Shown in pieces: positions 17,280-27,039 of a stretch of 42,474 nucleotides of DNA. The translations under genes were made by a program, and so were the position numbers. Location of the stretch: positions 1 to 42,474 of IMG/VR virus record IMGVR_UViG_3300020470_000042; one strand, written 5' to 3'. Source of the stretch: a virus. Taxonomy: Duplodnaviria; Caudoviricetes. Numbering within the stretch: position 1 is the first letter of the stretch; each line of letters starts with the position of its first letter. Below the pieces are notes generated by a model. The model was given only the letters and a program-made list of their open reading frames with translations, made no database searches and was not told where the DNA came from.

Positions 17280-19804
17280 GTATGAAGCAATGTATTGCTG
17301 TAATAAAAAATGCGGCAAAGTCAGGTAAAATAGATGATGATACAGCAATGGAAATGCTACAAGAAGTAGACGACTTTATTAACAAAACTAAAAACATTGA
17401 TAATATAGATCAAGCTCTTCAGACTCATCTTAAAGAACGTTTTGATGATACTATGCTGGCTGCTGTTATAGAAAAAAGAAATTCTATTTTAAACTCAATG
17501 GCTAAAGTTAGAGCAAAAAGCTTTATTGACGGATTTGAAAACCCTGTAGAAGGTTTAATGGCTTTTATGGGTGGATCAATTAAATCTAAATATAAATCTA
17601 AGCTTAGTATTGATGTTCAAGGAAAAGCTTTAACAAATAAATACGTTGGAAAACTTATAGATCAAATTGATAAAAACGGAGATTTACAATTTTTTAATGC
17701 TGGAAAGCAATTTGACGATTTAATTGCTAGAGAACTTTGGGAGTTAAAACCCGATGGTAACCCAGGAGTAACGAACAATGCTGCAGCACGGAGAATTGCT
17801 GAAGTAATACATAGCGTTCAAGAATTAGCAATTAAAAACTCTAACAAGTCAGGATCTTTTATAAGATCTATGCCCGGCTATATTATGAGACAAAGTCATG
17901 ATATGGGAAAAATAAGAAAGATGGGAGAAGACGAGTGGCTTAACTTTGTTATAGATAAACTAGATTATGAAAAAACTTTTAAAGGAGCAGATCCAGAGAA
18001 GTTTTTGAGAGGAGTATATAAAGGATTAGCTTCAGGAATACACCGTCGTTTTAAAGGAGAAGTTCCTGGGGAATCTAACCATCTTAAAGGATTTTTTGGT
18101 CCTGGAAATTTAGCTAAAAAGGCAAGTCAAGAAAGAATTTTACATTTTAAAGATGCCGATTCATTTATGGAATATAATCGAGCACTAGGGACCGGGGACC
18201 TTAGAGAAGGGGTTGTTCATGGTTTAGAACACTTAGCAAGAAATACAGCTTTGATGAGGAATATGGGAACTAATCCTGCTATGATGCTCGATTCTTTAAG
18301 AAAAGATTATAGCCTTAAAGCTCAAGGTGAAGGAAAATTTAAAATTACAGACCAGTTTGGATCTGATAAAATTGATAATATTTTTAAAGAACTAGATGGT
18401 ACAACAAGGATACCCGTTAATATTAACGGTGCTAGAGTAGGTGCTGGAATAAGAGCAATACAAAACCTTTCTAAGCTCGGTGGTGCTACTATATCTTCTA
18501 TTACTGACATTCCTAACCAGGCAGCAGAACTTCGCTACCAGGGAAAGCATGTATTAAGTGCTTATGGTAACGCCTTTGCAAATTTATTTAGAGGACGAGG
18601 AAACGCAGAAACAAAACAAATGGCAAGAGCTATGGGTGTAGGATTTGATGGAATAACAGGAGATCTTATGTCTAGGTTCCATGCAAACGACCATCTTCCT
18701 GGTATGGCAGCTAAAGCCCAGCAAAAGTTTTTTAAACTTAATCTCATGTCTTGGTGGAATGATTCTCATAGAACTGGCATGGTTATGATGATGTCTTCTA
18801 ATTTAGCTGATAACGCTAAACTTCAGTGGACTAAAATGAATCCTCGTTTACAAAATGTTTTAAAACAATACGGAATTGGCGATGCAGAGTGGAATGTTTA
18901 TCGACAGTTTGGCATAAAAAAGACTGCTAAAGGTCCTATGATGATTAGCGAAGGTTTAGAAACAATGTCTGATGATGCGGTTTCTCAATACCTACAGTCT
19001 GTAGGAAAACCCGTTAATAGAAGAAATATTTTAGATGCTCGTGACGAACTTATGAGTATGCTAGATTCATTTTATATGGATAGAGCCGATCACGGAATTC
19101 CAATGCCCGGTGCAAGAGAACGTGCGATTATGAACCAAGGAACTCGGTCCGGTACTATTCCTGGGGAAATGTATAGGCTAATGATGCAGTTTAAATCTTT
19201 TCCTATTACTATTGTTAGACGAGCAATAGGACGAGAAGTATATGGCCAAGAAGGTGGAAAAGCGGATTTAATGGGTTTAGCTCAGTTAATGGTTGCTACT
19301 ACAATTTTTGGGTATGGCGCAATGTACATGAAAGATGTTTTAAAAGGCAGGTCACCAAGAGAATTTAGCGATGATATAGGCCATAATGCAAAAATTTTAT
19401 CTGCAGCTATGACACAAGGTGGCGGATTAGGAATTTACGGAGATTTTTTATTTGGAGAATATAGTCGTTTTGGAGCCAGTTTTACTGATACGCTTATAGG
19501 TCCAACATTTGGCCAGGTGGATTCTATTGCAGAATTGTACTCAAAAGCTGTACGAGGTCAAGATGTAGGCGCAACATTATTAAATATTGCAAAAAGTAAT
19601 ACTCCTTTTGTTAATTTATTTTATACAAAAATGGCTGTAGATTACTTATTTTTATACCAACTTCAAGAAATGGTAAATCCGGGGTATCTTTCTAGATTAG
19701 AACAGCGTATAATGCGAGACAATAACCAAACGTTTTTCTTGCCTCCTTCTAGGGCTGTACCGTACGGTGGAGGCGGTAGAGTATTTGAAGGAGTAAGACA
19801 ATGA
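17276..19804 (+). CDS. large internal virion (ejection) protein
   Basis: MSMKQCI start (GGAG RBS; track starts at 17258), R.LHFKD, QFKSFP and GGGLGIYGDFL motifs of BPP-1/epsilon15-type core proteins. Confidence 0.85.
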   Translation: MSMKQCIAVIKNAAKSGKIDDDTAMEMLQEVDDFINKTKNIDNIDQALQTHLKERFDDTMLAAVIEKRNSILNSMAKVRAKSFIDGFENPVEGLMAFMGGSIKSKYKSKLSIDVQGKALTNKYVGKLIDQIDKNGDLQFFNAGKQFDDLIARELWELKPDGNPGVTNNAAARRIAEVIHSVQELAIKNSNKSGSFIRSMPGYIMRQSHDMGKIRKMGEDEWLNFVIDKLDYEKTFKGADPEKFLRGVYKGLASGIHRRFKGEVPGESNHLKGFFGPGNLAKKASQERILHFKDADSFMEYNRALGTGDLREGVVHGLEHLARNTALMRNMGTNPAMMLDSLRKDYSLKAQGEGKFKITDQFGSDKIDNIFKELDGTTRIPVNINGARVGAGIRAIQNLSKLGGATISSITDIPNQAAELRYQGKHVLSAYGNAFANLFRGRGNAETKQMARAMGVGFDGITGDLMSRFHANDHLPGMAAKAQQKFFKLNLMSWWNDSHRTGMVMMMSSNLADNAKLQWTKMNPRLQNVLKQYGIGDAEWNVYRQFGIKKTAKGPMMISEGLETMSDDAVSQYLQSVGKPVNRRNILDARDELMSMLDSFYMDRADHGIPMPGARERAIMNQGTRSGTIPGEMYRLMMQFKSFPITIVRRAIGREVYGQEGGKADLMGLAQLMVATTIFGYGAMYMKDVLKGRSPREFSDDIGHNAKILSAAMTQGGGLGIYGDFLFGEYSRFGASFTDTLIGPTFGQVDSIAELYSKAVRGQDVGATLLNIAKSNTPFVNLFYTKMAVDYLFLYQLQEMVNPGYLSRLEQRIMRDNNQTFFLPPSRAVPYGGGGRVFEGVRQ

Positions 19805-20982
19805 CAGTAGGAACAGCTTTAAAAAGAAGCATACAAGTAGGAACAGGGTCAACTGCTACTTTTGCTTTTAACGGGCCTGTTGATAGTGTTGATGAAATTT
19901 CTGTTTATAGCTTTGTAATTTCTACTTCAGTAACCGCTTTATTAACAAGAGGGGGTGGAGGTACTTATGACTATAATGTTTCATTAAATGCTGCTACTAA
20001 GTTTGCTACTATTACTTTAAACAACAATCTTCCTGATACACATAAACTAGTAATTGTAAGAAACGTTCCTTTAACGCAAGCAACTGACTATGTCGAGGGA
20101 GATGCTTTTGCTGCAGAAACGCATGAATCAGCTTTAGATAAATTAACTTTAATTTCTACAATGATCCAAGAACAAGTTGATCGTTCGCTTAAAATTCCTG
20201 TATCAGATAACAGTTCCTCTGTTGAACTCCCAGCTGCAGCTTCAAGAGCTGGTAAAGTATTAACGTTTAACGCTAGTACAGGACTTCCAGAAACAAGTAT
20301 AACAACAAGCTTTTTAGAAGGAACTGATATATCTACGGTTGCAAGTAATATTTCAAGTGTAAATACAACTGCAAGTAATATTTCAAGTATTAATACAAAT
20401 ACAAGCAATATGTCGTCTATTACTTCTGCTGCAGCAAATGCAACTAAAGCAGAAAATTATGCAACTAAAGTTGATGGAGAAGTTGAAAGTGGAACCTATT
20501 CGTCAAAAGCGTGGGCATTGGGTGGCACTGGAGTTACAGATACCGCAGGAGCAGGAAGTGCTAAATCCTGGGCGGTAGAATCTGATTCAGTTGATGGTAC
20601 TGAACATTCGTCAAAATCTTACGCAATTAGTGGTACTGCTATTTCAGCAGGATCCGCAAAACAATGGGCATTAGGTGGCGGATCAGGGTTTACTGAAGGT
20701 ACGGCAGTTAGCGGTGGTGTGTATTCTGCGAGGTATTACGCAAGTCAAGCGGCAAACTCTGCGGCAAGTGCTGGCAATAGTTTGTCCTCATTTCAAGAAG
20801 TATGGCAGGGATCAGGTTCAAGTGATCCTTCGGGTGGAACAGTATCTACTGGTGACTTATTCTTTAATACCTCAACCAATCAATTAAAGGTTTACAACGG
20901 AACTGCTTGGCAAGTTGCTGCGGTTGATTCATCGGCTGTAGCCTCACCTGGGCAAGCTCTTGCATTTGCCATTGCACTATAA
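19801..20982 (+). CDS. tail fibre (T7 gp17-like N-terminal attachment domain)
   Basis: R.VPLTQ.TDY..GD.F.AE.HE.ALDKLT motif, SAK.WA repeats, GDLFFNT...LKVY, ends ALAFAIAL. Confidence 0.85.
   Translation: MTVGTALKRSIQVGTGSTATFAFNGPVDSVDEISVYSFVISTSVTALLTRGGGGTYDYNVSLNAATKFATITLNNNLPDTHKLVIVRNVPLTQATDYVEGDAFAAETHESALDKLTLISTMIQEQVDRSLKIPVSDNSSSVELPAAASRAGKVLTFNASTGLPETSITTSFLEGTDISTVASNISSVNTTASNISSINTNTSNMSSITSAAANATKAENYATKVDGEVESGTYSSKAWALGGTGVTDTAGAGSAKSWAVESDSVDGTEHSSKSYAISGTAISAGSAKQWALGGGSGFTEGTAVSGGVYSARYYASQAANSAASAGNSLSSFQEVWQGSGSSDPSGGTVSTGDLFFNTSTNQLKVYNGTAWQVAAVDSSAVASPGQALAFAIAL
20341..20388 (+). repeat. in-frame tandem repeat within the tail fibre
   Basis: GCAAGTAATATTTCAAGT at 20341 and 20371 (30-nt period; ASNISS twice). 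Confidence 0.85.
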
Positions 20983-20994
20983 GGAGTAAAATAT

Positions 20995-21318
20995 ATGGCG
21001 CAGAATTTTAGACAAATAAAAATGAGGAATATAGGCACCTCTGCGGCGGATTTCCCAGACGGTTCTAATTTTGATTCTTATGACTGCATTATTGGAATGA
21101 ATTTGGCAAATGTGACCGATAATGCAATTACTATTTCTGTTTACATTAAAAACACTAATGATTTTTACATAATAAAAAATATGGTGATACCAAGTGGTTC
21201 TGCTTATTCTTTTGATGGCAAAATTAATGTTGTGTCAGGTGACAGACTTTGGATGGTCAGTTCGGCAGCTAATAGCTTAGATGCAATTGTTAGTTTTGTT
21301 GATGCAATTTCTGTATAG
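20995..21318 (+). CDS. small tail-associated beta protein
   Basis: 107 aa, IIGMNLAN and IP.GS motifs, follows the fibre gene; AAGGAG RBS. Confidence 0.75.
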   Translation: MAQNFRQIKMRNIGTSAADFPDGSNFDSYDCIIGMNLANVTDNAITISVYIKNTNDFYIIKNMVIPSGSAYSFDGKINVVSGDRLWMVSSAANSLDAIVSFVDAISV

Positions 21319-21327
21319 GAGATTACA

Positions 21328-22326
21328 ATGGGTTGGGTAGGTAACGCACCTCAAAATAGCTATACAAGTTTTGCCAAGCAAGATTTAACAGGTGCTACGG
21401 GTGGAACACTTACACTAAGTACGGCAGTAGCAAATGAGCATGAAATTGGATTATATATAAACCATGTTAAACAAGAGCCAACAACCTCGTATACGGCTTC
21501 TGGAACAACTATTACACTCCAAGGTTATACGGTTACAGCAAGCGATGATATATACGTCGTGCATCTTGGAAAAGCAATACAGACGGTAGTGCCTCCTGAT
21601 GGTAGTGTAACGAATGCAAAGCTAGCATCACCTCTAGGAGGAGCAGTACACATAAGAACGGCAGACAGCGGTGCAACAGCAGATAGTGGTGCTAATGATT
21701 TAGTAGTAGAAAATTCTTCAAATGCTGGTATATCAATTTTATCAGGCGCAAGTTCTAGTGGTGCTGTTTATTTTGGAGATAGTGGGTCTGCTTATGATGG
21801 TTATATACAATATGACCAAACAAATAGAAAGTTTAATTTTGCGACAGCGACTGGAGTTCGTATGAGCATTGATGCAAATGGTTATGTAACAACGCCAAAT
21901 AGACCAGCTTTTTATGTTCATACTCCAGGGGGTAGTGATGGAGGTGGAGGTGATGGTACTGCTAATGGGTATTTAGCTTTTACTGTGACTAAACATAATA
22001 TAGGAAGCCATTTTGATGGAACAAATTTTACTTGTCCTGTAGCAGGTTTGTATAGTTTTAGTTGGCATATTCTTAGTACTATGTCCTCCTATTCTGCAAC
22101 TTGGCATTATGGGTTTATAGCTCATACTCCTTCTGGTGGTTCTACTTCTGCCTATGCTTATGGGCAAACTTATAATAACACTGGAACTGCAACAGGAGTA
22201 CATCACGGGGCTACCGTTACAATTAATTGTGGTGCTGGAGATGGAGTTAAACTTTATCATTATGGTAATTACGCTGACGCACATCAATCAAATTACAGTT
22301 GGTTTACTGGACACTTAATAGGATAA
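21328..22326 (+). CDS. tail-associated adhesin with C-terminal C1q-like domain
   Basis: MGWVGNAP start, PDGSVTNAKL linker, PAF...FTCPVAGLYSF...WFTGHLIG C1q-like signature. Confidence 0.75.
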   Translation: MGWVGNAPQNSYTSFAKQDLTGATGGTLTLSTAVANEHEIGLYINHVKQEPTTSYTASGTTITLQGYTVTASDDIYVVHLGKAIQTVVPPDGSVTNAKLASPLGGAVHIRTADSGATADSGANDLVVENSSNAGISILSGASSSGAVYFGDSGSAYDGYIQYDQTNRKFNFATATGVRMSIDANGYVTTPNRPAFYVHTPGGSDGGGGDGTANGYLAFTVTKHNIGSHFDGTNFTCPVAGLYSFSWHILSTMSSYSATWHYGFIAHTPSGGSTSAYAYGQTYNNTGTATGVHHGATVTINCGAGDGVKLYHYGNYADAHQSNYSWFTGHLIG

Positions 22327-22330
22327 TAAA

Positions 22331-23341
22331 ATGCCAATATCAAGATTACTACCAGCGAGTTTTGAACAACCTAATCCAGTTAATTTAATAATTAATGGAA
22401 ATTTGAACTGTTGGCAAAGAGCAACAGCGGCAACGGCACAAACAGATGGAGCTTATAAAACTGCAGATAGATTTTTTGGGTGGCTTTCTGGTGGTGGGGC
22501 ATATACTACAGAAAGGTCAACAGGCCACTTAGCTACCACAGGACATGAAAATGCACTAAAAATTGCTGTTACAACTGCTGACACTTCTATTGCCGCTTCA
22601 GATTATTATGCTATTGTTCACAAAATTGAGGCTCAAAACCTACAATCTTTGCAGTATGGTTCTTCTTCTGCAAAAGCAATTACTTTATCATTTTGGATTA
22701 GAGCTACAAAGACAGGAACACACACCCTTTTTGTGTCAAAAAACGACAGCACCCAATATATCTATGTTGCAGAGTATACTGTTAGTTCAAGTGATACTTG
22801 GGAGCATAAAACTATAACCATAGAACCTGACAGTAATATCAAAGCAGGGGCTGGAGCAATAGTAAACGATAATGGGGCTGGTTTTACGATTGGTTGGATT
22901 TTAAAGTACGGCTCAAATAATGATGGAACTGCTAATGCTTGGCAGACAGGAAAATATACAACCAGTAATCAAGTAAATAATATGGATAGCACATCTAATA
23001 CTTGGTATATAACAGGAGTGTGCCTTAATGAAGGCGAGAAATCACTTTCTGGAAATGATGGAAAATCTTTCCCTCACGAAACCTACGCAGAGACATTGGA
23101 GAAGTGCTTGAGATATTATGAAATATCTCCAACGATTTATGCACTACATTATAATGCGGCAAATCATTCACTAGGTACTGTACATTATAAGGTTGTTAAA
23201 CGAGCAACACCAACAAGTACTCTTAGTAGTAATGCTGGAGGTGCAACGGCAGGAACTTCAAATAATTTAGGTAACTACGTTTTTTGGTCAGGTACTCAAG
23301 CTGGAAACAGTGCTATATTAACAGCAGATGCGGAGTTATAA
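22331..23341 (+). CDS. tail-associated carbohydrate-binding-like protein
   Basis: NLIING....WQR, ITLSFW, TWEHKTITI, YITGV.L and C.RYY motifs, ends ADAEL. Confidence 0.75.
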   Translation: MPISRLLPASFEQPNPVNLIINGNLNCWQRATAATAQTDGAYKTADRFFGWLSGGGAYTTERSTGHLATTGHENALKIAVTTADTSIAASDYYAIVHKIEAQNLQSLQYGSSSAKAITLSFWIRATKTGTHTLFVSKNDSTQYIYVAEYTVSSSDTWEHKTITIEPDSNIKAGAGAIVNDNGAGFTIGWILKYGSNNDGTANAWQTGKYTTSNQVNNMDSTSNTWYITGVCLNEGEKSLSGNDGKSFPHETYAETLEKCLRYYEISPTIYALHYNAANHSLGTVHYKVVKRATPTSTLSSNAGGATAGTSNNLGNYVFWSGTQAGNSAILTADAEL

Positions 23342-23343
23342 AG

Positions 23344-23514
23344 ATGGATATAAAAGAAGCAAAATATTGTGTAATAGAAAACAGACCTAAATATATTCAA
23401 GCAGTAATTGATGGACAAACATGTTCTGTACCTATTGAAGAAGGCAATCGCCATTATGACGAAATCATGCGTCAGGTCGCAGACAAAAAGCTAACAATCA
23501 AGGAGGCTGACTAA
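23344..23514 (+). CDS. small tail-fibre accessory protein
   Basis: probable start MDIKEAKY; VP..EGNRHY.EI motif; ends TIKEAD. Confidence 0.65.
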   Translation: MDIKEAKYCVIENRPKYIQAVIDGQTCSVPIEEGNRHYDEIMRQVADKKLTIKEAD

Positions 23515-23978
23515 TGCCCTGGGTTGGTAAAGAGCCATTAACAGGAGAATATATTCTTCTAGATAGTATTACAACTTCTGCAACAGCCACATATGCTTTG
23601 ACAAGAAACAGCGCTGCATTTGCTCCTGCATCTGCGCAGCAATTAATTGTAAGTTTAAATGGCGTTACTCAAGCGCCAATACATGCTTTTACTGTTTCAG
23701 GAACAAATCTTGTTTTTGCTGAGGCACTAACAGCATCTGATGTGATCGACTACGTACTCTGCTTAGGAGAAGTTGGTAACTCTGTAACACCGACAGATGG
23801 CTCAGTGACTGGCCCTAAAATGTCATCCACAATTTACAGGGAAGGTATCCGAATTAATTCAAGCACAATCACAAGTAATGTTACGATTGCTTCTGGAGAA
23901 CGAGGAATGGTGGCTGGGAATATTACAATAAATTCTGGTGTCACATTAACAGTCAATGGGGAGCTAACAATTGTCTAA
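23514..23978 (+). CDS. tail-associated adaptor protein
   Basis: MPWVGKEP start and PTDGSVT paralogous to the 21328 gene; VSLNGVTQ.P; C-terminal ITINSGVTLTVNG. Confidence 0.75.
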   Translation: MPWVGKEPLTGEYILLDSITTSATATYALTRNSAAFAPASAQQLIVSLNGVTQAPIHAFTVSGTNLVFAEALTASDVIDYVLCLGEVGNSVTPTDGSVTGPKMSSTIYREGIRINSSTITSNVTIASGERGMVAGNITINSGVTLTVNGELTIV

Positions 23979-24456
23979 ATTATATGTCGATGAACTACAT
24001 CCGAAAACCAGTGGTGGTGCTGTAAAAATACCTAACAAGATTTCTTTCTTAGCTGTTGGAGCGGCTGGTGCTTATGCAACAACAAGTCCAGTTATTCCAG
24101 CTACTGTAAAATATAATTATGGCAATGGATATAGTTCATCTACAGGACGATTTACTGTTCCAAGTGGAGGTGCTGGATTATACTGGTTTCATGCACATTT
24201 TGGAATTGTTCAGACTACTTCTACTAGTGGAAGTTGTTATCCAAGAATGAATTTTTATAATGCGGCTGGATCGGCTATATACCAACCTTATACATACTGG
24301 AATCATCCTGACAGTGCTTCTTACGGATCTTGTCCTATAACTGCTATTTTTGATTTAGCGGTAGGTGATTACGTTTATTTAACTTTTGCCCAAACAAATG
24401 CACAGTATTATAATAGTGCTTCTGAATTAAGTTTTCAAGGGTATTTAATAGGATGA
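23971..24456 (+). CDS. C1q-like domain protein
   Basis: TGRFTVP...GLYWF...FQGYLIG; TTG start. Confidence 0.72.
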   Translation: MSKLYVDELHPKTSGGAVKIPNKISFLAVGAAGAYATTSPVIPATVKYNYGNGYSSSTGRFTVPSGGAGLYWFHAHFGIVQTTSTSGSCYPRMNFYNAAGSAIYQPYTYWNHPDSASYGSCPITAIFDLAVGDYVYLTFAQTNAQYYNSASELSFQGYLIG

Positions 24457-24466
24457 GGAGAACGAT

Positions 24467-25030
24467 ATGAGCGGAATAATTCAAGCAACAAATCTTCAAG
24501 TTGATAATATCAAGCATAGTGGTGGAACAAGTTCAGCAACAATCACAAGTGGGGGTGAGCTTATACAAACTAATTATATGATAGATATGTTTAGATTGAC
24601 TGCCGACCTTGACGCAGACGGAGCGCTTACAAGTTGGGAACGCATTGATGATGCAAGTTCTGGCACAATAGGTACAAATATGTCTGTTTCGTCAGGAGTA
24701 TTCACATTTCCAAGAACAGGTTTATATCGTGTTGATGTTATGTCAGATATTTATACAACTAATGATGACCTAGTTATAAGAGTAGCATTACAAGTTACTC
24801 AAAATAATGGTGGTGCATGGGATGAAGTTATGAGAGTTGGAGCAGGGGAAGATGGTACAGCTAACGTAAATAACTCTGTTGCAGGTTTTACATTAGTTAA
24901 TGTAACCGATACTTCAAATGTAAAAGTAAGATTAGATTTAGCTAGTGTTTCCACTGGTGGAGCAATAGAAGGTTCAAGTGGTACTACTAGAACTGGAATC
25001 ATGTTTGAACGAAAGGGACCATCACAATGA
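24467..25030 (+). CDS. C1q/TNF-like adhesin protein
   Basis: LQVDNIKHSGG N-terminus; SSGVFTFPRTGLY; VTDTSNVKVR. Confidence 0.72.
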   Translation: MSGIIQATNLQVDNIKHSGGTSSATITSGGELIQTNYMIDMFRLTADLDADGALTSWERIDDASSGTIGTNMSVSSGVFTFPRTGLYRVDVMSDIYTTNDDLVIRVALQVTQNNGGAWDEVMRVGAGEDGTANVNNSVAGFTLVNVTDTSNVKVRLDLASVSTGGAIEGSSGTTRTGIMFERKGPSQ

Positions 25031-25548
25031 CAAGCACACTCAAAGTAGACAATATAGCCCATTCTGGTGGCACTACAGGTTTAACTATTAATAGTGATGG
25101 AAGAGTGCTTCAACCAAACCTTCCTTCTTGGAGAGTAAGTATATCTTCAGACGCAAATGTTTCAAGTGACACAGCTTGGCAAGTTGTAGCATGGAATGAA
25201 ACAGATGATAGTGCTGAAAATCTATATTTACAAGGAGGTATTACAGTATCTAGTAATAAAATAGTTATCCCAGTTGCAGGAGTTTATATGTTTGGAGTTA
25301 ACCTAAGAATTGATGGGATTTCTAACGGCAATTATTTAACTGCTGTTATGGAAAAAAATGATAGTTCTACGGATAATGCTGAAGCAGAATTTGTTGAACA
25401 AAATGTAGGAGCTACCTACGCAACAGTTTCTATGAGTTCTGTTATGAAGTTTGCGGCTTCAGACACAATAAGAGTGAGAGTAGCATCACCAGATGGAACT
25501 TATACAATTCAAGATAATTGCACATTTTATGGAGCATTTTTAGGATAA
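25027..25548 (+). CDS. C1q-like domain protein
   Basis: LKVDNIAHSGG N-terminus; IPVAGVYMF...FYGAFLG. Confidence 0.72.
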   Translation: MTSTLKVDNIAHSGGTTGLTINSDGRVLQPNLPSWRVSISSDANVSSDTAWQVVAWNETDDSAENLYLQGGITVSSNKIVIPVAGVYMFGVNLRIDGISNGNYLTAVMEKNDSSTDNAEAEFVEQNVGATYATVSMSSVMKFAASDTIRVRVASPDGTYTIQDNCTFYGAFLG

Positions 25549-25558
25549 GGAGAACCAA

Positions 25559-26026
25559 ATGGCACTAACTAAACTAAGTCATGCGTCAATGCCAACTGGG
25601 TCTGTGTTGCAAGTTGTAACTCATTATTGGAATACTGAGCATAATTCAGGTACTTTAAGTGATGCTGATATTACTGGAAGTAGTTTTAACTTTACACCAA
25701 AATTTAGTAACTCTAAACTTGTGATTAATTGTTGTGTTTCTCTTTCTTATTATAAAGGAACTAGCGCAGTAGATATAGGAGCTATGTATTATGTAAGATA
25801 TGGCTCTACAGATATTATGAAACCAACTGGAAATTATCAAAATTATATTGATAACTCTCAAAATCAAGCGACCTTGCAAAATTTAACAGTTGAAATAAGT
25901 CCATCTAGTACATCAGAAGCAACTATTAAATTAAGAGGCAGACCTTATAGTACAGATGATTATATTAGATTTAATGAAGGTGGTAAGTTTTATAGTACTA
26001 TACAGGCAATGGAAATAGCTGGATAA
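25559..26026 (+). CDS. tail-associated beta-sandwich protein
   Basis: MALTKL...GSVLQVV, FTPKFSNSKL, ends AMEIAG. Confidence 0.72.
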   Translation: MALTKLSHASMPTGSVLQVVTHYWNTEHNSGTLSDADITGSSFNFTPKFSNSKLVINCCVSLSYYKGTSAVDIGAMYYVRYGSTDIMKPTGNYQNYIDNSQNQATLQNLTVEISPSSTSEATIKLRGRPYSTDDYIRFNEGGKFYSTIQAMEIAG

Positions 26027-26514
26027 TGGATCCACTTACAATAAGTGCTGCTATTTCTACAGCAACAGCAGCTTTTGGAGGAATAAAAAAAGCTTTTATG
26101 GCCGGTCGAGAACTAGAAGCTATGACCGCAGATTTATCTAAATGGATGGGAGCAGTTTCAGATGTAGCAAACATAGAAAAACGCGCAAAAAATCCTTCTA
26201 TGTTTCGAAAAGTATTTTATGGTCAATCTATAGAACAGGAAGCTATTGAAGCATTTACCGCTAAGAAAAAACTAGAAGCACAGAGAGATGAACTTAAAAC
26301 GTTTATTATGTTTACACACGGAACAAAAGCATGGGATGAACTTATAAGTATGGAAGGTCAAATAAGAAAACGCAGACAGAAAGAAGTATATGAAGCGCAA
26401 GAACGTAAAGAAAAAATTATATTCTGGACTATTGGCATCTGTACCTTTGGTCTCGGCATTGCTATCCTCATTGCTTTTACTTATGGTCTCGTCTTGCTTG
26501 ACAGAAGGACATGA
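26026..26514 (+). CDS. hypothetical coiled-coil membrane protein
   Basis: 162 aa, helical, with a C-terminal TM segment; TAATG coupled. Confidence 0.75.
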   Translation: MDPLTISAAISTATAAFGGIKKAFMAGRELEAMTADLSKWMGAVSDVANIEKRAKNPSMFRKVFYGQSIEQEAIEAFTAKKKLEAQRDELKTFIMFTHGTKAWDELISMEGQIRKRRQKEVYEAQERKEKIIFWTIGICTFGLGIAILIAFTYGLVLLDRRT

Positions 26515-26776
26515 ACATGAAAGGAGAAACACGCTTGAAAACGGAGGCTACACAATCTGCCGGCTCAAAAAAGTCGAAAAAGTCCACGAAAGTTTTAAAG
26601 GAAAAAAGCTCCGCCAGTACTGGTGCCTTTACGAAGGAGCAAACGGATCGGGAGGTATCGAGATTATGGAAAGTATTGATGCATGTCCTCGAGAAATTGT
26701 ATGTCTTTACGATCCGAAAGAAAAACCACCGACGTTAAAAGATATGTTAAACGCTATGAGAGAGGCTTTTAAATGA
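26390..26776 (+). CDS. putative Cys-rich lipoprotein or exported protein
   Basis: basic N-terminus, hydrophobic stretch, lipobox-like VSSC, four further Cys; stop overlaps the next ATG (ATGA). Confidence 0.55.
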   Translation: MKRKNVKKKLYSGLLASVPLVSALLSSLLLLMVSSCLTEGHEHERRNTLENGGYTICRLKKVEKVHESFKGKKLRQYWCLYEGANGSGGIEIMESIDACPREIVCLYDPKEKPPTLKDMLNAMREAFK

Positions 26777-27039
26777 CAGCAGAAGAACTAGAAGAACTAG
26801 AGATAGAAGAAAAGAAACTTAGACTTGAGAACAACAATGCTAAAGAAGACCAGCAAAGATATATGGTTTGGTTTTCTGCTATATCAGTAACTTTATATAT
26901 TGGTATACTTATGACTGACGTTGTTTCTCTTGAAAGACTTGACCACCTATCTTCTATAGGTAATACTTGGGTGTTAAGTAATATGGGTATCATTGGTGCT
27001 TTTATTGCATCAAATGTTTTTAGAAAGAATAACGAATGA
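26773..27039 (+). CDS. small 2-TM membrane protein (holin/antiholin-like)
   Basis: acidic coiled N-terminus, two hydrophobic segments, inside the lysis cassette. Confidence 0.6.
   Translation: MTAEELEELEIEEKKLRLENNNAKEDQQRYMVWFSAISVTLYIGILMTDVVSLERLDHLSSIGNTWVLSNMGIIGAFIASNVFRKNNE

Noticed and set aside
19801-26026. Diversity-generating retroelement as in BPP-1
   Set aside because: No reverse transcriptase ORF, and no template/variable repeat pair differing at adenines was seen
26511-26738. 75-aa ORF with ATGA overlap
   Set aside because: Lies within the Cys-patterned ORF 26390-26776, which couples to the next gene and looks more protein-like; not fully excluded
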